Assembly: GCA_036259255.1 (NCBI GenBank)
Contig: DATACC010000228.1
Span: forward strand, 592 to 64,591
DNA length: 64,000 bases
Origin: Thermoanaerobaculia bacterium
GTDB taxonomy: Bacteria; Acidobacteriota; Thermoanaerobaculia; Multivoradales; JBCCEF01
Direction of reading: 5' to 3'
The position numbers and the translations under genes are program-made. The notes beneath the pieces were generated by a model, which saw only the letters and a program-made list of their open reading frames with translations, did no database searches and was not told where the DNA came from. Of the stretch, positions 1 through 8,450 are shown in pieces (position 1 is the stretch's first letter; every line of letters starts with the position of its first letter).

Positions 1-777
1 GCGGAACCGCAGGGCCCCGCCCTCGTCGAGCCGGCGCGGTTTGCCGGTGCCGTAGGTGTCGCTGGGGCCGAAGAAGACCTGCGGCTCGACCCCCGACGCC
101 GGCTCGGCCCCGGTGACCACCACCTCGATCTCCGGGAGCTCGCCGTCGTCGCCCCAGTCGATCGCCGCCTCGCTGGTGATCCCCTCCACCGACGCCACCG
201 GCTCGGGCACCCGGGCGCCCCACTCGGCGAGCAGCGGAGCGGTGGCGGCGTCCGGCACCGGGCTTTCGCCGGGGCGGGCCACCGGCTGCTCGGCGGTGAG
301 CTGGTAGCGGTAGGGGATGCACTCGACCTCGCACACCAGGTAGTCGACCTCGGCGGTGAGGGTGATGCGGTCGCGGCCCGCCGCGTCGATGCGCGCGGCG
401 ACGGGGTAGACCACCTCGCCCTCGTAGCCGAAGGCCACCAGGTCGCCCGGCAGCTCGTAGCGCTCCGGCGCGGGCCACAGCAGCTCGAGGGCGGAGAGCT
501 CCGGCGTGGCTTCGAGATCGATGGCCGGCGGGTAGCCGGCGTCGCCGCTGTTCTTCCAGTACACGTGCCAGCCCGGGGCCGTCTCGAAGTGGAGCCCGAG
601 GCGGATTGGCCCCTCGGCGGGAGCGACGTCGAAGGGCGTGACGAGCCGTACCCGGGACTGGTCGTTCTCCTGCCACGGGCTGGCGACGGCGCCGGCCGGC
701 GGCGCGGCGGCCAGGGCGAGGACGGCCGCGGCGAGGGCGGCCGGCAGGAAGGCGCTGAAGTGTCGTCGAGAGGTCAT
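1..777 (-). CDS. Partial (C-terminus beyond window start) secreted protein with DsbD N-terminal (alpha) domain-like motif [11 protein letters not shown] and CEVEC; thiol-disulfide interchange related, tentative
   Basis: Minus-strand ATG at 777..775 followed by signal-peptide-like [30 protein letters not shown]; high GC3; reading frame runs off window start. Family call from motif memory only. Confidence 0.5.
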   Translation of the reverse strand, partial: MTSRRHFSAFLPAALAAAVLALAAAPPAGAVASPWQENDQSRVRLVTPFDVAPAEGPIRLGLHFETAPGWHVYWKNSGDAGYPPAIDLEATPELSALELLWPAPERYELPGDLVAFGYEGEVVYPVAARIDAAGRDRITLTAEVDYLVCEVECIPYRYQLTAEQPVARPGESPVPDAATAPLLAEWGARVPEPVASVEGITSEAAIDWGDDGELPEIEVVVTGAEPASGVEPQVFFGPSDTYGTGKPRRLDEGGALRFR

Positions 778-878
778 GGCGGTCGCCGAGTCTACCGTCC
801 CGCCCGAGCGGAGGTCCGCTCCCGGCCCGGTTGGGTGAAGACCCTTCTGTATACGGAGCGGAGCTAGGATCGTTTGCG

Positions 879-1781
879 ATGCCGGAGCTGCCGGAGGTGG
901 TCGCCTATCGCGAGGCGCTGGAGGCGCGGGTGGTGGGCCAGCCGCTGGAACGGGTGCGGCTGGCGAGTCCCTTCCTGCTGCGCTCGGTGGCGCCGCCGCT
1001 GACGGCGGCCGAGGGACGTCGGGTGGTGGGGCTGGCGCGGCTCGGCAAGCGCCTGGTGGTGGAGCTCGAGGAGGAGCTCTTCCTGGTGCTCCACCTGATG
1101 ATCACCGGGCGGCTGCGCTGGCGCGAGCGGGGGGCGAAGCTCCCCGGCAGGAATGGCCTCGCGGCCTTCGACTTCCCCGGGGGTACGCTGATCCTCACCG
1201 AGGCCGGCTCGAAGAAGCGCGCGTCGCTGCACGTGGTGGCGGGGCGCGGGGCCCTGGCGGAGCACGACCCCGGCGGCCTCGAAGTGCTGGCGGCCGGGCT
1301 GCCGGCGTTCCGTTCGGTGATCGCCGCCGGCAACCACACGCTGAAGCGGGCGCTCACCGATCCGCGCATCCTCTCCGGCATCGGCAACGCCTACTCCGAC
1401 GAGATCCTGCACCGCGCGCGGCTGTCGCCGTTCCGGCGCACCCGGCAGCTGGACGACGGGGAGGTCGAGCGCCTGTGGCGGGCGGCGCGGGAGGTGCTGG
1501 GGGAGTGGATCGAGCGCACCCGCGACGAGCTCGCCGGCGCCTTTCCCGAGAAGGTCACCGCCTTCCGGCCGGGATTCGCCGTGCACGGCCGGTATGGCCA
1601 GCCGTGTCCGGTCTGCGCCACGCCGGTGCAGCGCATCCTCTACGCGGAGAACGAGGCCAACTACTGCCCCACCTGCCAGACCGCCGGCAAGCTCCTGGCC
1701 GACCGCGTCCTGAGCCGCCTGATGAAGGACGACTGGCCGCGGACGCTGGAGGAGCTGGAGGCGAGGAAAGCCGGCGGCTGA
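879..1781 (+). CDS. mutM: Formamidopyrimidine-DNA glycosylase (Fpg/MutM)
   Basis: Starts MPELPEV (catalytic Pro2); C-terminal zinc finger CPVC-x16-CPTC; about 300 aa; start placed at ATG 879 inside track ORF 831..1781. Confidence 0.9.
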   Translation: MPELPEVVAYREALEARVVGQPLERVRLASPFLLRSVAPPLTAAEGRRVVGLARLGKRLVVELEEELFLVLHLMITGRLRWRERGAKLPGRNGLAAFDFPGGTLILTEAGSKKRASLHVVAGRGALAEHDPGGLEVLAAGLPAFRSVIAAGNHTLKRALTDPRILSGIGNAYSDEILHRARLSPFRRTRQLDDGEVERLWRAAREVLGEWIERTRDELAGAFPEKVTAFRPGFAVHGRYGQPCPVCATPVQRILYAENEANYCPTCQTAGKLLADRVLSRLMKDDWPRTLEELEARKAGG

Positions 1782-1873
1782 GCGTGCGGTAGCATCGCGG
1801 GCCGGCGCGATCGCCAGACGGCTCGGCTTCCCGGGCGACAGCCGGGCCTCGATGGAGCGGGTGCTGCGAACCG

Positions 1874-3250
1874 ATGCGGGTCTTCTTCACCAATCTCGGC
1901 TGCAAGCTGAACCAGGCGGAGCTCGAGCGCCTGGCGCGGGAGTTCCACGCCGCGGGGCACCGGGTCGTCGCGGAGCTCGGGGAGGCGGATCTGCACGTGG
2001 TCAACACCTGCACGGTGACCCACCTGGCGGCCCGCACGTCGCGCAAGAGGGCGCGACGCGGGGCGCGGGAGCGGCCCGGGCTGCGCACGGTGCTCACCGG
2101 CTGCTACGCCACCGGCTCGGCGGACGAGGCGGCGCGGCTCGCCGGGGTCGACCTGGTGGTGCCCAATCCGGACAAGGAGCGCCTCCTCGAGCGCGTGCAG
2201 CAAGCCTTCCCCGACCTCGCGGCCGGCGAGGGCGGAGCCCTGCCAGGCCCCCCAGCAGGCCTCGATGTCCCCTACGTGCCTCTCGCCTTCGGCAACACCC
2301 GCGCCCTGGTGAAGATCGAGGACGGCTGCAACGTCGGCTGCACGTTCTGCATCATCCCGTCGACCCGCGGCCGGCAGCGCAGCCGGCCGGTGGACGCGGT
2401 GGTGGCCGAGGTCGCGTCGATGGCCGCGGCGGGCGTCGTGGAGGTGGTGGTCACCGGGGTCCAGATCTCCCACTACCGCGACGGCGCCGCCCGCCTGCCC
2501 GACCTGGTGGCGGCGCTGCTGGAGCGCACCCGGGTACCGCGCCTGCGCCTCACCTCCATCGCGCCGTGGCGTTTCGACGAGCGCCTGCTCGAGCTGCTCG
2601 CCGAGCCGCGCCTGTGCCGCCACGTCCACCTGTCGTTGCAGAGCGGCTGCGACGCGACGCTGGCCCGCATGCGCCGCCCCTACACGGCGGCCCGCTACGC
2701 TCGCCTGGTCGAGCGCCTGCGCACCGCCGTCCCCGGTGTGGCGGTCACCACCGACGTCATCGCCGGCTTCCCCGGCGAGAGCGACGAGGAGTTCGCCGCC
2801 AGCCTCGCCTTCGTGCGTGCGATGGGCTTCGCCCGCATCCACGCCTTCCCCTACTCGGCGCGGGAGGGCACGGCGGCGGCGGCGATGCCGGACCCGGTCG
2901 CCCTCGAAGCGAAGCGGGAGCGGATGGCAGAGCTCCTGGCGGTGGCGGACGGCGCCGAGCGCGCCTTCCGCGCCGCCCAGGTCGGCGGCCGCGGCGAGGT
3001 GCTCTGGGAGAGCCGCCGCGACGGCAGGTGGCAGGGCACCACCGACACCTCCCTGCGGGTGTACGCCGACGACTCCAGGGCGGCCGGCGCCGTCGCCCTT
3101 CTCGGCAGCCTCGCCAACACCCTCACGCCGGCTCGCCTGACGGGGCTGACTGCGGATGGCCTGTCGGGCGTCCCTCTGGGCGCGGCGGCTAGTCGTTCTG
3201 CCTCGCCAGCCAGGAGACCAGGGCGCCCAGCTCCTCGTCGCTGCCCTTGA
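1874..3250 (+). CDS. MiaB/MtaB-family radical SAM tRNA methylthiotransferase
   Basis: N-terminal MTTase domain (FTNLGCKLNQ, VVNTCTVT), radical SAM CNVGCTFC, C-terminal TRAM-like region; 458 aa. Confidence 0.85.
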   Translation: MRVFFTNLGCKLNQAELERLAREFHAAGHRVVAELGEADLHVVNTCTVTHLAARTSRKRARRGARERPGLRTVLTGCYATGSADEAARLAGVDLVVPNPDKERLLERVQQAFPDLAAGEGGALPGPPAGLDVPYVPLAFGNTRALVKIEDGCNVGCTFCIIPSTRGRQRSRPVDAVVAEVASMAAAGVVEVVVTGVQISHYRDGAARLPDLVAALLERTRVPRLRLTSIAPWRFDERLLELLAEPRLCRHVHLSLQSGCDATLARMRRPYTAARYARLVERLRTAVPGVAVTTDVIAGFPGESDEEFAASLAFVRAMGFARIHAFPYSAREGTAAAAMPDPVALEAKRERMAELLAVADGAERAFRAAQVGGRGEVLWESRRDGRWQGTTDTSLRVYADDSRAAGAVALLGSLANTLTPARLTGLTADGLSGVPLGAAASRSASPARRPGRPAPRRCP

Positions 3251-3545
3251 AGGCCTTCTTGTGCTTCTCGCCGTCGATCGCGGTCTTCTGGCGCAGGTAG
3301 TCGGTGAGCACCGCCGGGGGGCGGTCCGCCACCTCGGAGAGGTCCGGGCCCCGGATCTTCTCGGACTTCACCGTCGCCTCGATGCCGGCCTTGCCCACCG
3401 CGTGACACAGGTTGCACTTCTCGTTCAGGAAGATCTGCCTGCCGTCGAGGGTCGCCTGGGCGGACGCGGAGGGCGGCGTCGCCAGAGCGGCGAGCAGACC
3501 GAAGCCGGCGGCGGAGAGCAGGAGGAAGAGGAACGGCTTGCGCAT
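3189..3545 (-). CDS. Small secreted class I cytochrome c (single CxxCH)
   Basis: MRKPFLFLLLSAAGFGLLAALA signal peptide then CNLCH heme motif; 118 aa; sits inside a longer artefactual track ORF (3189..4937). Overlaps 3' end of the methylthiotransferase ORF by 62 bp (convergent). Confidence 0.7.
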   Translation of the reverse strand: MRKPFLFLLLSAAGFGLLAALATPPSASAQATLDGRQIFLNEKCNLCHAVGKAGIEATVKSEKIRGPDLSEVADRPPAVLTDYLRQKTAIDGEKHKKAFKGSDEELGALVSWLARQND

Positions 3546-3697
3546 GGCGCCTCCTTGGATTCGCGGGGGGCGTTCCGGGGCGGAGCGCGTTCCGTCCCCG
3601 GTCGACGGCAGGGACGACTGCACCTTCCAGACCAGGCGGCATCCCGAGCGGCGAGGGGGGTGCCGGAGGCGGCGGCGCGGGACCGCGAGCAGGTTCC

Positions 3698-4396
3698 TCA
3701 GTGGATGGCCTGGGAGGGGCCGCGCTGGGGCGGGAGCAGCAAGCTGTGGCTCACGCCGCCCTCCGCCGGCACCAGCTCGGTGATGGGGTGGCGCAGGGCT
3801 TCGATGGTGCCGTCGGGGTGGCACACCAGGCCGGCGCCGAAGGGGATGCCGAGGCCGCGCACCGGCGGCCGGGCCGCCTCGACGCGGCGGCGCAGGGCCG
3901 CCCAGTCGTCCGCCTCCTCGTGGGCGCCGATCAGTGCCGGCACCAGGTTCAGGTGGTCCCAGCCCAGGTGGACGGCGCCGGCCGAGACTCCCAGCAGCAC
4001 CGCGCCGGCGGCGTAGCGCGCCAGCAGCGCCTCGCGAATGCCGGTCTGCTCGAAGATGCGCCAGGCGCGGCCGGCATCGCCGCCGGCGAGCACCACCAGG
4101 TGGGCCGATTCGAGCCACTGCCGGTCGGCCTCGCCGTAGGCGGAGCGCACCATCGCGTGCTGGTGGATGCCGGCCGCCTCCACCGCCCCCGCGAACAGGT
4201 CGTAGAAGGCGGGATCGTCGTCGTTGGCGGCACCGAGATAGGCGGCCCGCGGGTCCTCCGGCAGGCGGCGGCGGGCGATGTCGTCGAGGACCGATCCCTC
4301 GCCGCCGCGCCGGAAGAGGAGCTGGCTGTCGGCCAGCACGTACAGGGGCTGGAAGGGGCTGTCGTGGCCCGACTCGGTGCTGCCCGGCTCGCTCAC
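3698..4396 (-). CDS. Peptidase S51 family (peptidase E / cyanophycinase-like)
   Basis: VLAGGDAGRAWRIF...LLGVSAGAV motif typical of S51. GTG start at 4396 overlaps the TGA stop of the upstream hydrolase (GTGA coupling). Only the C-terminal 233 aa of track ORF 3698..5404 is coding-like. Confidence 0.65.
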   Translation of the reverse strand: MSEPGSTESGHDSPFQPLYVLADSQLLFRRGGEGSVLDDIARRRLPEDPRAAYLGAANDDDPAFYDLFAGAVEAAGIHQHAMVRSAYGEADRQWLESAHLVVLAGGDAGRAWRIFEQTGIREALLARYAAGAVLLGVSAGAVHLGWDHLNLVPALIGAHEEADDWAALRRRVEAARPPVRGLGIPFGAGLVCHPDGTIEALRHPITELVPAEGGVSHSLLLPPQRGPSQAIH

Positions 4397-5634
4397 CGCG
4401 GATCCTCCTCGCCGCCGCCCGGTTCGTTCGCTTCGATTCCGTCGTCGTCGCCGGCCGCGTCTTCGGGGGCGGCGAGCCCGAGGTCGCGGTAGAGGGCGTC
4501 GAGCACCCGGCGCACCCGCGCCTCGTGGGCGTCGGCCGCCGGCGTGCCGTTGAAGGCCAGCGCCACCGCCAGGCCGTGCTCCGGGTCGGCGAGCCCCACC
4601 ATCGAGCGGAAGCCGCTGTGGCCGTAGGTGCGTCGCGAGCAGAGATGGCCGTAGGCGTAGGGCACGGTGTCGGCGCCGTACTGCTTGGAGTCGATGATGA
4701 AGCCGAGGCCCCAGTCCATGACGTGCTGGAAGGTGTGGTCGAACAGGCCAGCCCGATGGCGCGCCACCATCGCCTCCACCGTCTGCGGCGCCACCAGGCC
4801 GCCGCCGCCGTCGAGCAGCGCCTCGTAGAAGCGGCCCAGCGAGCGCATCGGCCCCCAGCCGTTGCCGCCCGGCGAGGGACGGGTGACGCGGAGCTCGGCG
4901 TCCCAGCCCTGGTCGCGGGGGCCCTCCGCGGCGGCATCCTCCGCCGTGTCGAACACCGGTGCCAGGCGCCCGTCGTCGCGGTAGGCGCGCCAGCGCTCGG
5001 GCGGCATGCCGATCCAGGCGTCCGGCTGGCCGAGGGGCAGGAAGATCTCCTCGCGCACGTAGTCCTCGAAGCGGCGGCCGTCGAGGCGTCGGACCAGCTC
5101 GCCGAGCACGAACCAGCTCGACGCCTGGTGGTAGCCGGCCTTCTCGCCCGGTACCCACCGCGGCTCGAGCTTGCGTGCCGCGACCCGGGCGATCAGCGCC
5201 TCCCAGGGCTCGTCCGGCCAGCCGGTCTGCAGCATGCGAATCCCGGCGGTGTGGGTGAGCAGGTGGCGAATCGTCACCCGCTCCTTGCCGCCGGCGGCGA
5301 ACTCCGGCAGGTGCCGCGCCACCGGATCGTCCAGCGCCAGAAGCCCGTTCTCCCAGAGCTGGGCCACGGCGAGGGCGGCCACCGGCTTGGTGGCGGAGAG
5401 CCACAGCATCAGGTGGTCCGGGGTCAGCGGCGGCCCGCCCGGGCGCGTCACCCCGGTGGCGAGCTCGGCCACCGGTCGGCCGGCGAGGGAGACGTAGAGC
5501 TGCGCGCCGAGGTGGAGCCCCTCGCGGCGCCCCGCCTCGAGGGCCGCGACGGTGCCGGCCACCCGCTCGGCACCGCGGCCGGTGGGGCGGAGCGCGGCGG
5601 TGGCGGAGGCGCCGGTGCGGGGTTCGGTGGTCAC
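4393..5634 (-). CDS. Beta-lactamase-family serine hydrolase (class C / D-aminopeptidase-like)
   Basis: SxxK motif in LSATKPV, LLTHTAGI, HSGF region typical of beta-lactamase/PBP fold; GTG start. Confidence 0.8.
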   Translation of the reverse strand: MTTEPRTGASATAALRPTGRGAERVAGTVAALEAGRREGLHLGAQLYVSLAGRPVAELATGVTRPGGPPLTPDHLMLWLSATKPVAALAVAQLWENGLLALDDPVARHLPEFAAGGKERVTIRHLLTHTAGIRMLQTGWPDEPWEALIARVAARKLEPRWVPGEKAGYHQASSWFVLGELVRRLDGRRFEDYVREEIFLPLGQPDAWIGMPPERWRAYRDDGRLAPVFDTAEDAAAEGPRDQGWDAELRVTRPSPGGNGWGPMRSLGRFYEALLDGGGGLVAPQTVEAMVARHRAGLFDHTFQHVMDWGLGFIIDSKQYGADTVPYAYGHLCSRRTYGHSGFRSMVGLADPEHGLAVALAFNGTPAADAHEARVRRVLDALYRDLGLAAPEDAAGDDDGIEANEPGGGEEDPR

Positions 5635-5855
5635 GGAACCGATTGTCTCATCCCGCGACGGGGCGGCGGGTGCACGGGGTGGCGCGAGGGGCCGGTGCTC
5701 CGGCCCCTGCGATTCTCTGCGGGCGGCCCAGGGCCGCGGGGGTGGGTCGACGGCAGGCGGCGCCGAGGCGTCGCGTGGGGCAGGTCATGCACCACGGATG
5801 CGGTGCGGCGAGCCCCGGAAGGTATTCACTAATACGGATGAGTCTAGCAGTGCAT

Positions 5856-8078
5856 CTAGGGAGCGGCAACCGTATCTGCGGATGCGCTGCGGGGAGCGCT
5901 CACGTCGAGATGCAGCGTGCCGCCCGCGGAGAGGGTGCCGCGGTCGCAGCGGTCGACATCGGGAGGCCGGGCGCACAGCTCGTAGGTGCCGACGGCCATC
6001 GACGGCAGCACCCAGCGCCCCTGGCGGGGAAAGGTGCCGTGCATCTCGGCCCAGGCGCTGAACAGCGGCAGCGGCAGATCGATACCTTCGCGGTGCAGGC
6101 GGGCTCCCGCCTCGGCGCCGGTGAGCAGCAGCGTGCCTCCGAGCTCCGGAACCTCCAGCACCACCTCCTCCGCCGCGAGCGGATCGACCGCCAGGTCGCC
6201 GGCGGCGAAGCCGTAGGGCAGGACGACGAGGCGGATGCTCTCCACGCCCACCGGCACGTCGAGCTCGAAGCGGCCGTCGGGATCGGTGCGCGCCGACCGC
6301 ACGGGGAGCCACTTCGGCGTGGGGAGGCTCCACACCGTGACCCCCGCCAGCGGTCGGCCGCCGCCCAGGAGGATGCCCGTGATGCGGCCCGGTGGGCGCA
6401 AAACCAGGCGGACGGTGGTGACCTCACCCTCCCGCAGCTCGACCACCGCCTCCGCCGTAGCGCCGCCGAGGTGGGTCACCACCCGGTGGTGGCCCGGCGG
6501 CAAGCCGACCAGTTCGAAGCGCCCGTCCCGGAAGCCGCCTCGGCTCGTGCGGTGGGGCGGCCGCTCCTCGCGGCTCTTCACGTTGCCGGAGCGCAGCGGC
6601 CGTCCCGCCGCATCCACCACCTCGCCGCGCAGCAGGGTGTCGGGCACGACGAGCTCCACCGGCACGGGGCCCCCGTCCGTCGCCGGCTCGATGTCGATCG
6701 GGTCGAGCTCGACGAACGGTGCGCTCGGACGCAGACGGACTTTCACCTCCCAGTGCCCCGGCTCCGGCAGCACGGCCGAGAAGCGCCCGTCCTCCGGGTG
6801 CAGCCGGATCTCTCGGCTGCCGTGGCCAAAGATCAGGCCGGCCTCCACCGGCTCGCCGCCCCGCTCGACCGTGCCCTCGATCGGTACCAGCGGCAGGTCG
6901 ATCCAGACCGGCGGCGTCTCGGGTTGCACGTCCACCTCCCCGGCCCACCAGCGCTCGCCGCGGACACCAGCCCGCAGCTCGAGGTGGTACCACCCCGGCG
7001 AGAGCTGCTCGAGGCGGGCGGTACCCGTCGGATCCGTCGCCACCTCGCGATCGGGCGCCTGGCTCCGCGCCGGGTCGGCGGTGACGATCCAGGCGGCACC
7101 CTCCGGAGGCTGGGGCGGCCGCACCCTCACCTCCAGGAGGAGAGGAGGCCCCATTCGGAGCGGCTGCGCCAGGACGGCCTCCCGGCCGGACAGCACCTCG
7201 AACGGCCCGTGCACCACCGGCGCCAGCCCCTCGCCGGAAGCGAGGAGGGCATAGGAGCCCGGGCGCAGGTCGCGGAACTGGAACAGCCCATGCTCGTCCG
7301 TGGTGCTCGTCTGCTTCAGCCCGTCGAGCCGGTCCTGGCGTGGGCCGCTGTTGCCGATCTCGCTGGCGGCGACGAGCTGCACCTCCACCGGAACCACGCG
7401 CGGACTTTCGATCTCGACGAAACCGATCAGAGAGGCTCCGGGGGAGAGCACCAGCCGGTCGATGGTGGTGGTGACTCCCGCGGCGACGGTCACGTCCCAG
7501 CGGAAGATCGAGGCCCAGCCGGGCGCATGGAAGCGCAGATCGTGGAGACCCGCGGGCACCTCGCAGCTCCAGCGGCCTGCACGGATGGGGCATGGAATGA
7601 TGGCGGTGAGCGTCGTCCGTCGCCGGTCCCCCGTGCTCGCGGACAACTCCACCCGGATCTCTCCGGGGGCCTCGGCATCCTCCGCGATCGTCCTGACTTC
7701 ACCGGTGAGCTGTCCCGTCGGATGAAGGACGATGTCCACGGCGCCGGCGTCTGCGGCGACCACCACCTCCCGGGCCCACCAGCCGGGAGTTTCCGAGCGC
7801 ACGCGCCACAGCGAGCCCTCTGCGACCTCGACCCCGAACGTACGAGAGCCCCGAATGGGCACCACCACCTCTTCGAGGCCCGCGGCGGACGCCCCGTCGG
7901 CGGGGAGTAGGCGAAGCACGCCCTGAAGCGGTGCGGGTTCGGCGGCTCCCGAAACGGTAAGCACCTGGATCTCCAGGGTGACCGCTCCGGCGGCCAGGCT
8001 CGGCCACGGGATCGCCACGAGAACCGCGGCGGCAATCGCGCCACCCGCGATCCTGCGGCGGCTCACGTGGAGTAACAC
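5856..8078 (-). CDS. Large secreted protein with multiple carboxypeptidase-regulatory-like (CarboxypepD_reg / Cna-B-like) beta-sandwich repeats
   Basis: Repeated motifs TDEHGLFQFRDLRPGSY, TDPDGRFELDVPVG, TDPTGTARLEQLSPGWY; N-terminal RRR-containing signal-like segment. True start may be GTG at 8066 (VSRRRIAGG...), which overlaps the TGA of an upstream Cys-rich frame. Confidence 0.75.
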   Translation of the reverse strand: MLLHVSRRRIAGGAIAAAVLVAIPWPSLAAGAVTLEIQVLTVSGAAEPAPLQGVLRLLPADGASAAGLEEVVVPIRGSRTFGVEVAEGSLWRVRSETPGWWAREVVVAADAGAVDIVLHPTGQLTGEVRTIAEDAEAPGEIRVELSASTGDRRRTTLTAIIPCPIRAGRWSCEVPAGLHDLRFHAPGWASIFRWDVTVAAGVTTTIDRLVLSPGASLIGFVEIESPRVVPVEVQLVAASEIGNSGPRQDRLDGLKQTSTTDEHGLFQFRDLRPGSYALLASGEGLAPVVHGPFEVLSGREAVLAQPLRMGPPLLLEVRVRPPQPPEGAAWIVTADPARSQAPDREVATDPTGTARLEQLSPGWYHLELRAGVRGERWWAGEVDVQPETPPVWIDLPLVPIEGTVERGGEPVEAGLIFGHGSREIRLHPEDGRFSAVLPEPGHWEVKVRLRPSAPFVELDPIDIEPATDGGPVPVELVVPDTLLRGEVVDAAGRPLRSGNVKSREERPPHRTSRGGFRDGRFELVGLPPGHHRVVTHLGGATAEAVVELREGEVTTVRLVLRPPGRITGILLGGGRPLAGVTVWSLPTPKWLPVRSARTDPDGRFELDVPVGVESIRLVVLPYGFAAGDLAVDPLAAEEVVLEVPELGGTLLLTGAEAGARLHREGIDLPLPLFSAWAEMHGTFPRQGRWVLPSMAVGTYELCARPPDVDRCDRGTLSAGGTLHLDVSAPRSASADTVAAP

Positions 8079-8259
8079 CTGTTGGTGTTTTCGCAGGGAG
8101 TCCCGCCGCCGGAAACCGAGCAGTTCACATAGCCGTCACCGCCCACGTTGCCTTGGCAAATCAAAGGATAGCCGGGCTGTCGTCGTCGATCGAGCATTCG
8201 TTGCAGCTGGAACAAGCTCCCGAAGGACAGTCGTTCAGCCACGGATCACAAGGCTCCGG
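8064..8259 (-). pseudogene. Cys-rich coding-like continuation of the small ORF: same frame after TAG gives PEPCDPWLNDCPSGACSSCNECSIDDDSPAIL; after TGA and a frameshift gives ICQGNVGGDGYVNCSVSGGGTPCENTNRCYST. Likely a disrupted Cys-rich secreted protein gene, or assembly errors
   Basis: Cys/Asn/Asp/Gly-rich translation continues across one amber stop and one frame change. Final TGA (8064..8066) overlaps GTG start of the large downstream gene. Confidence 0.3.
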
Positions 8260-8364
8260 CTAGTGCTCCTCGCATCCGAAGGGGGCACAGCCCTGAGCTT
8301 CGACGGACGCCGGCACTGCCACCAGGAAGCAGCCGAAGAAAAGAAGCAGACGGGGCATGCTCAT
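8260..8364 (-). CDS. Small secreted Cys-containing peptide ORF (MSMPRLLLFFGCFLVAVPASVEA-QGCAPFGCEEH), 34 aa, ends at in-frame TAG
   Basis: Perfect RBS AAGGAG plus 7 nt plus ATG; signal peptide; lies in a lower-GC AT-richer intergenic patch. Not in ORF track (below 60 aa). Confidence 0.4.
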   Translation of the reverse strand: MSMPRLLLFFGCFLVAVPASVEAQGCAPFGCEEH

Positions 8365-8385
8365 GGGCTAGCTCCTTTTGCTTTT

Positions 8386-8425
8386 AAGCCGAGCATAAGC
8401 AACAACGGTACTCCCGGTCAAGTCG
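8386..8425 (-). promoter_or_regulatory. Candidate sigma70-like promoter (TTGACC, 18 nt spacer, TATGCT) for the small Cys ORF / large secreted protein operon, in the divergent region shared with the ClC gene
   Basis: Read on minus strand: ttgacc gggagtaccgttgttgct tatgct about 25 nt upstream of the AAGGAG RBS. Confidence 0.3.
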
Positions 8426-8450
8426 TGATCCCCTGATAGATTCGGCCATC

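Noticed and set aside
3189-4937. 582-aa minus ORF in the track
   Set aside because: Only the last 118 codons (cytochrome c) are coding-like. The upstream part is antisense/off-frame to the S51 peptidase and hydrolase genes.
5643-7910. 755-aa plus-strand ORF antisense to the large secreted protein gene
   Set aside because: Arg/Gly/Ala/Pro-rich translation typical of an off-frame read in 70% GC DNA; the opposite strand has a coherent repeat-domain protein with signal peptide.
8371-8450. Possible fluoride (crcB-type) riboswitch upstream of the ClC gene
   Set aside because: No GGCGATGG...AACCGCC...TGATGATGCCTAC-like core recognisable. This ClC has CBS/TrkA-C domains typical of non-CLC-F channels.
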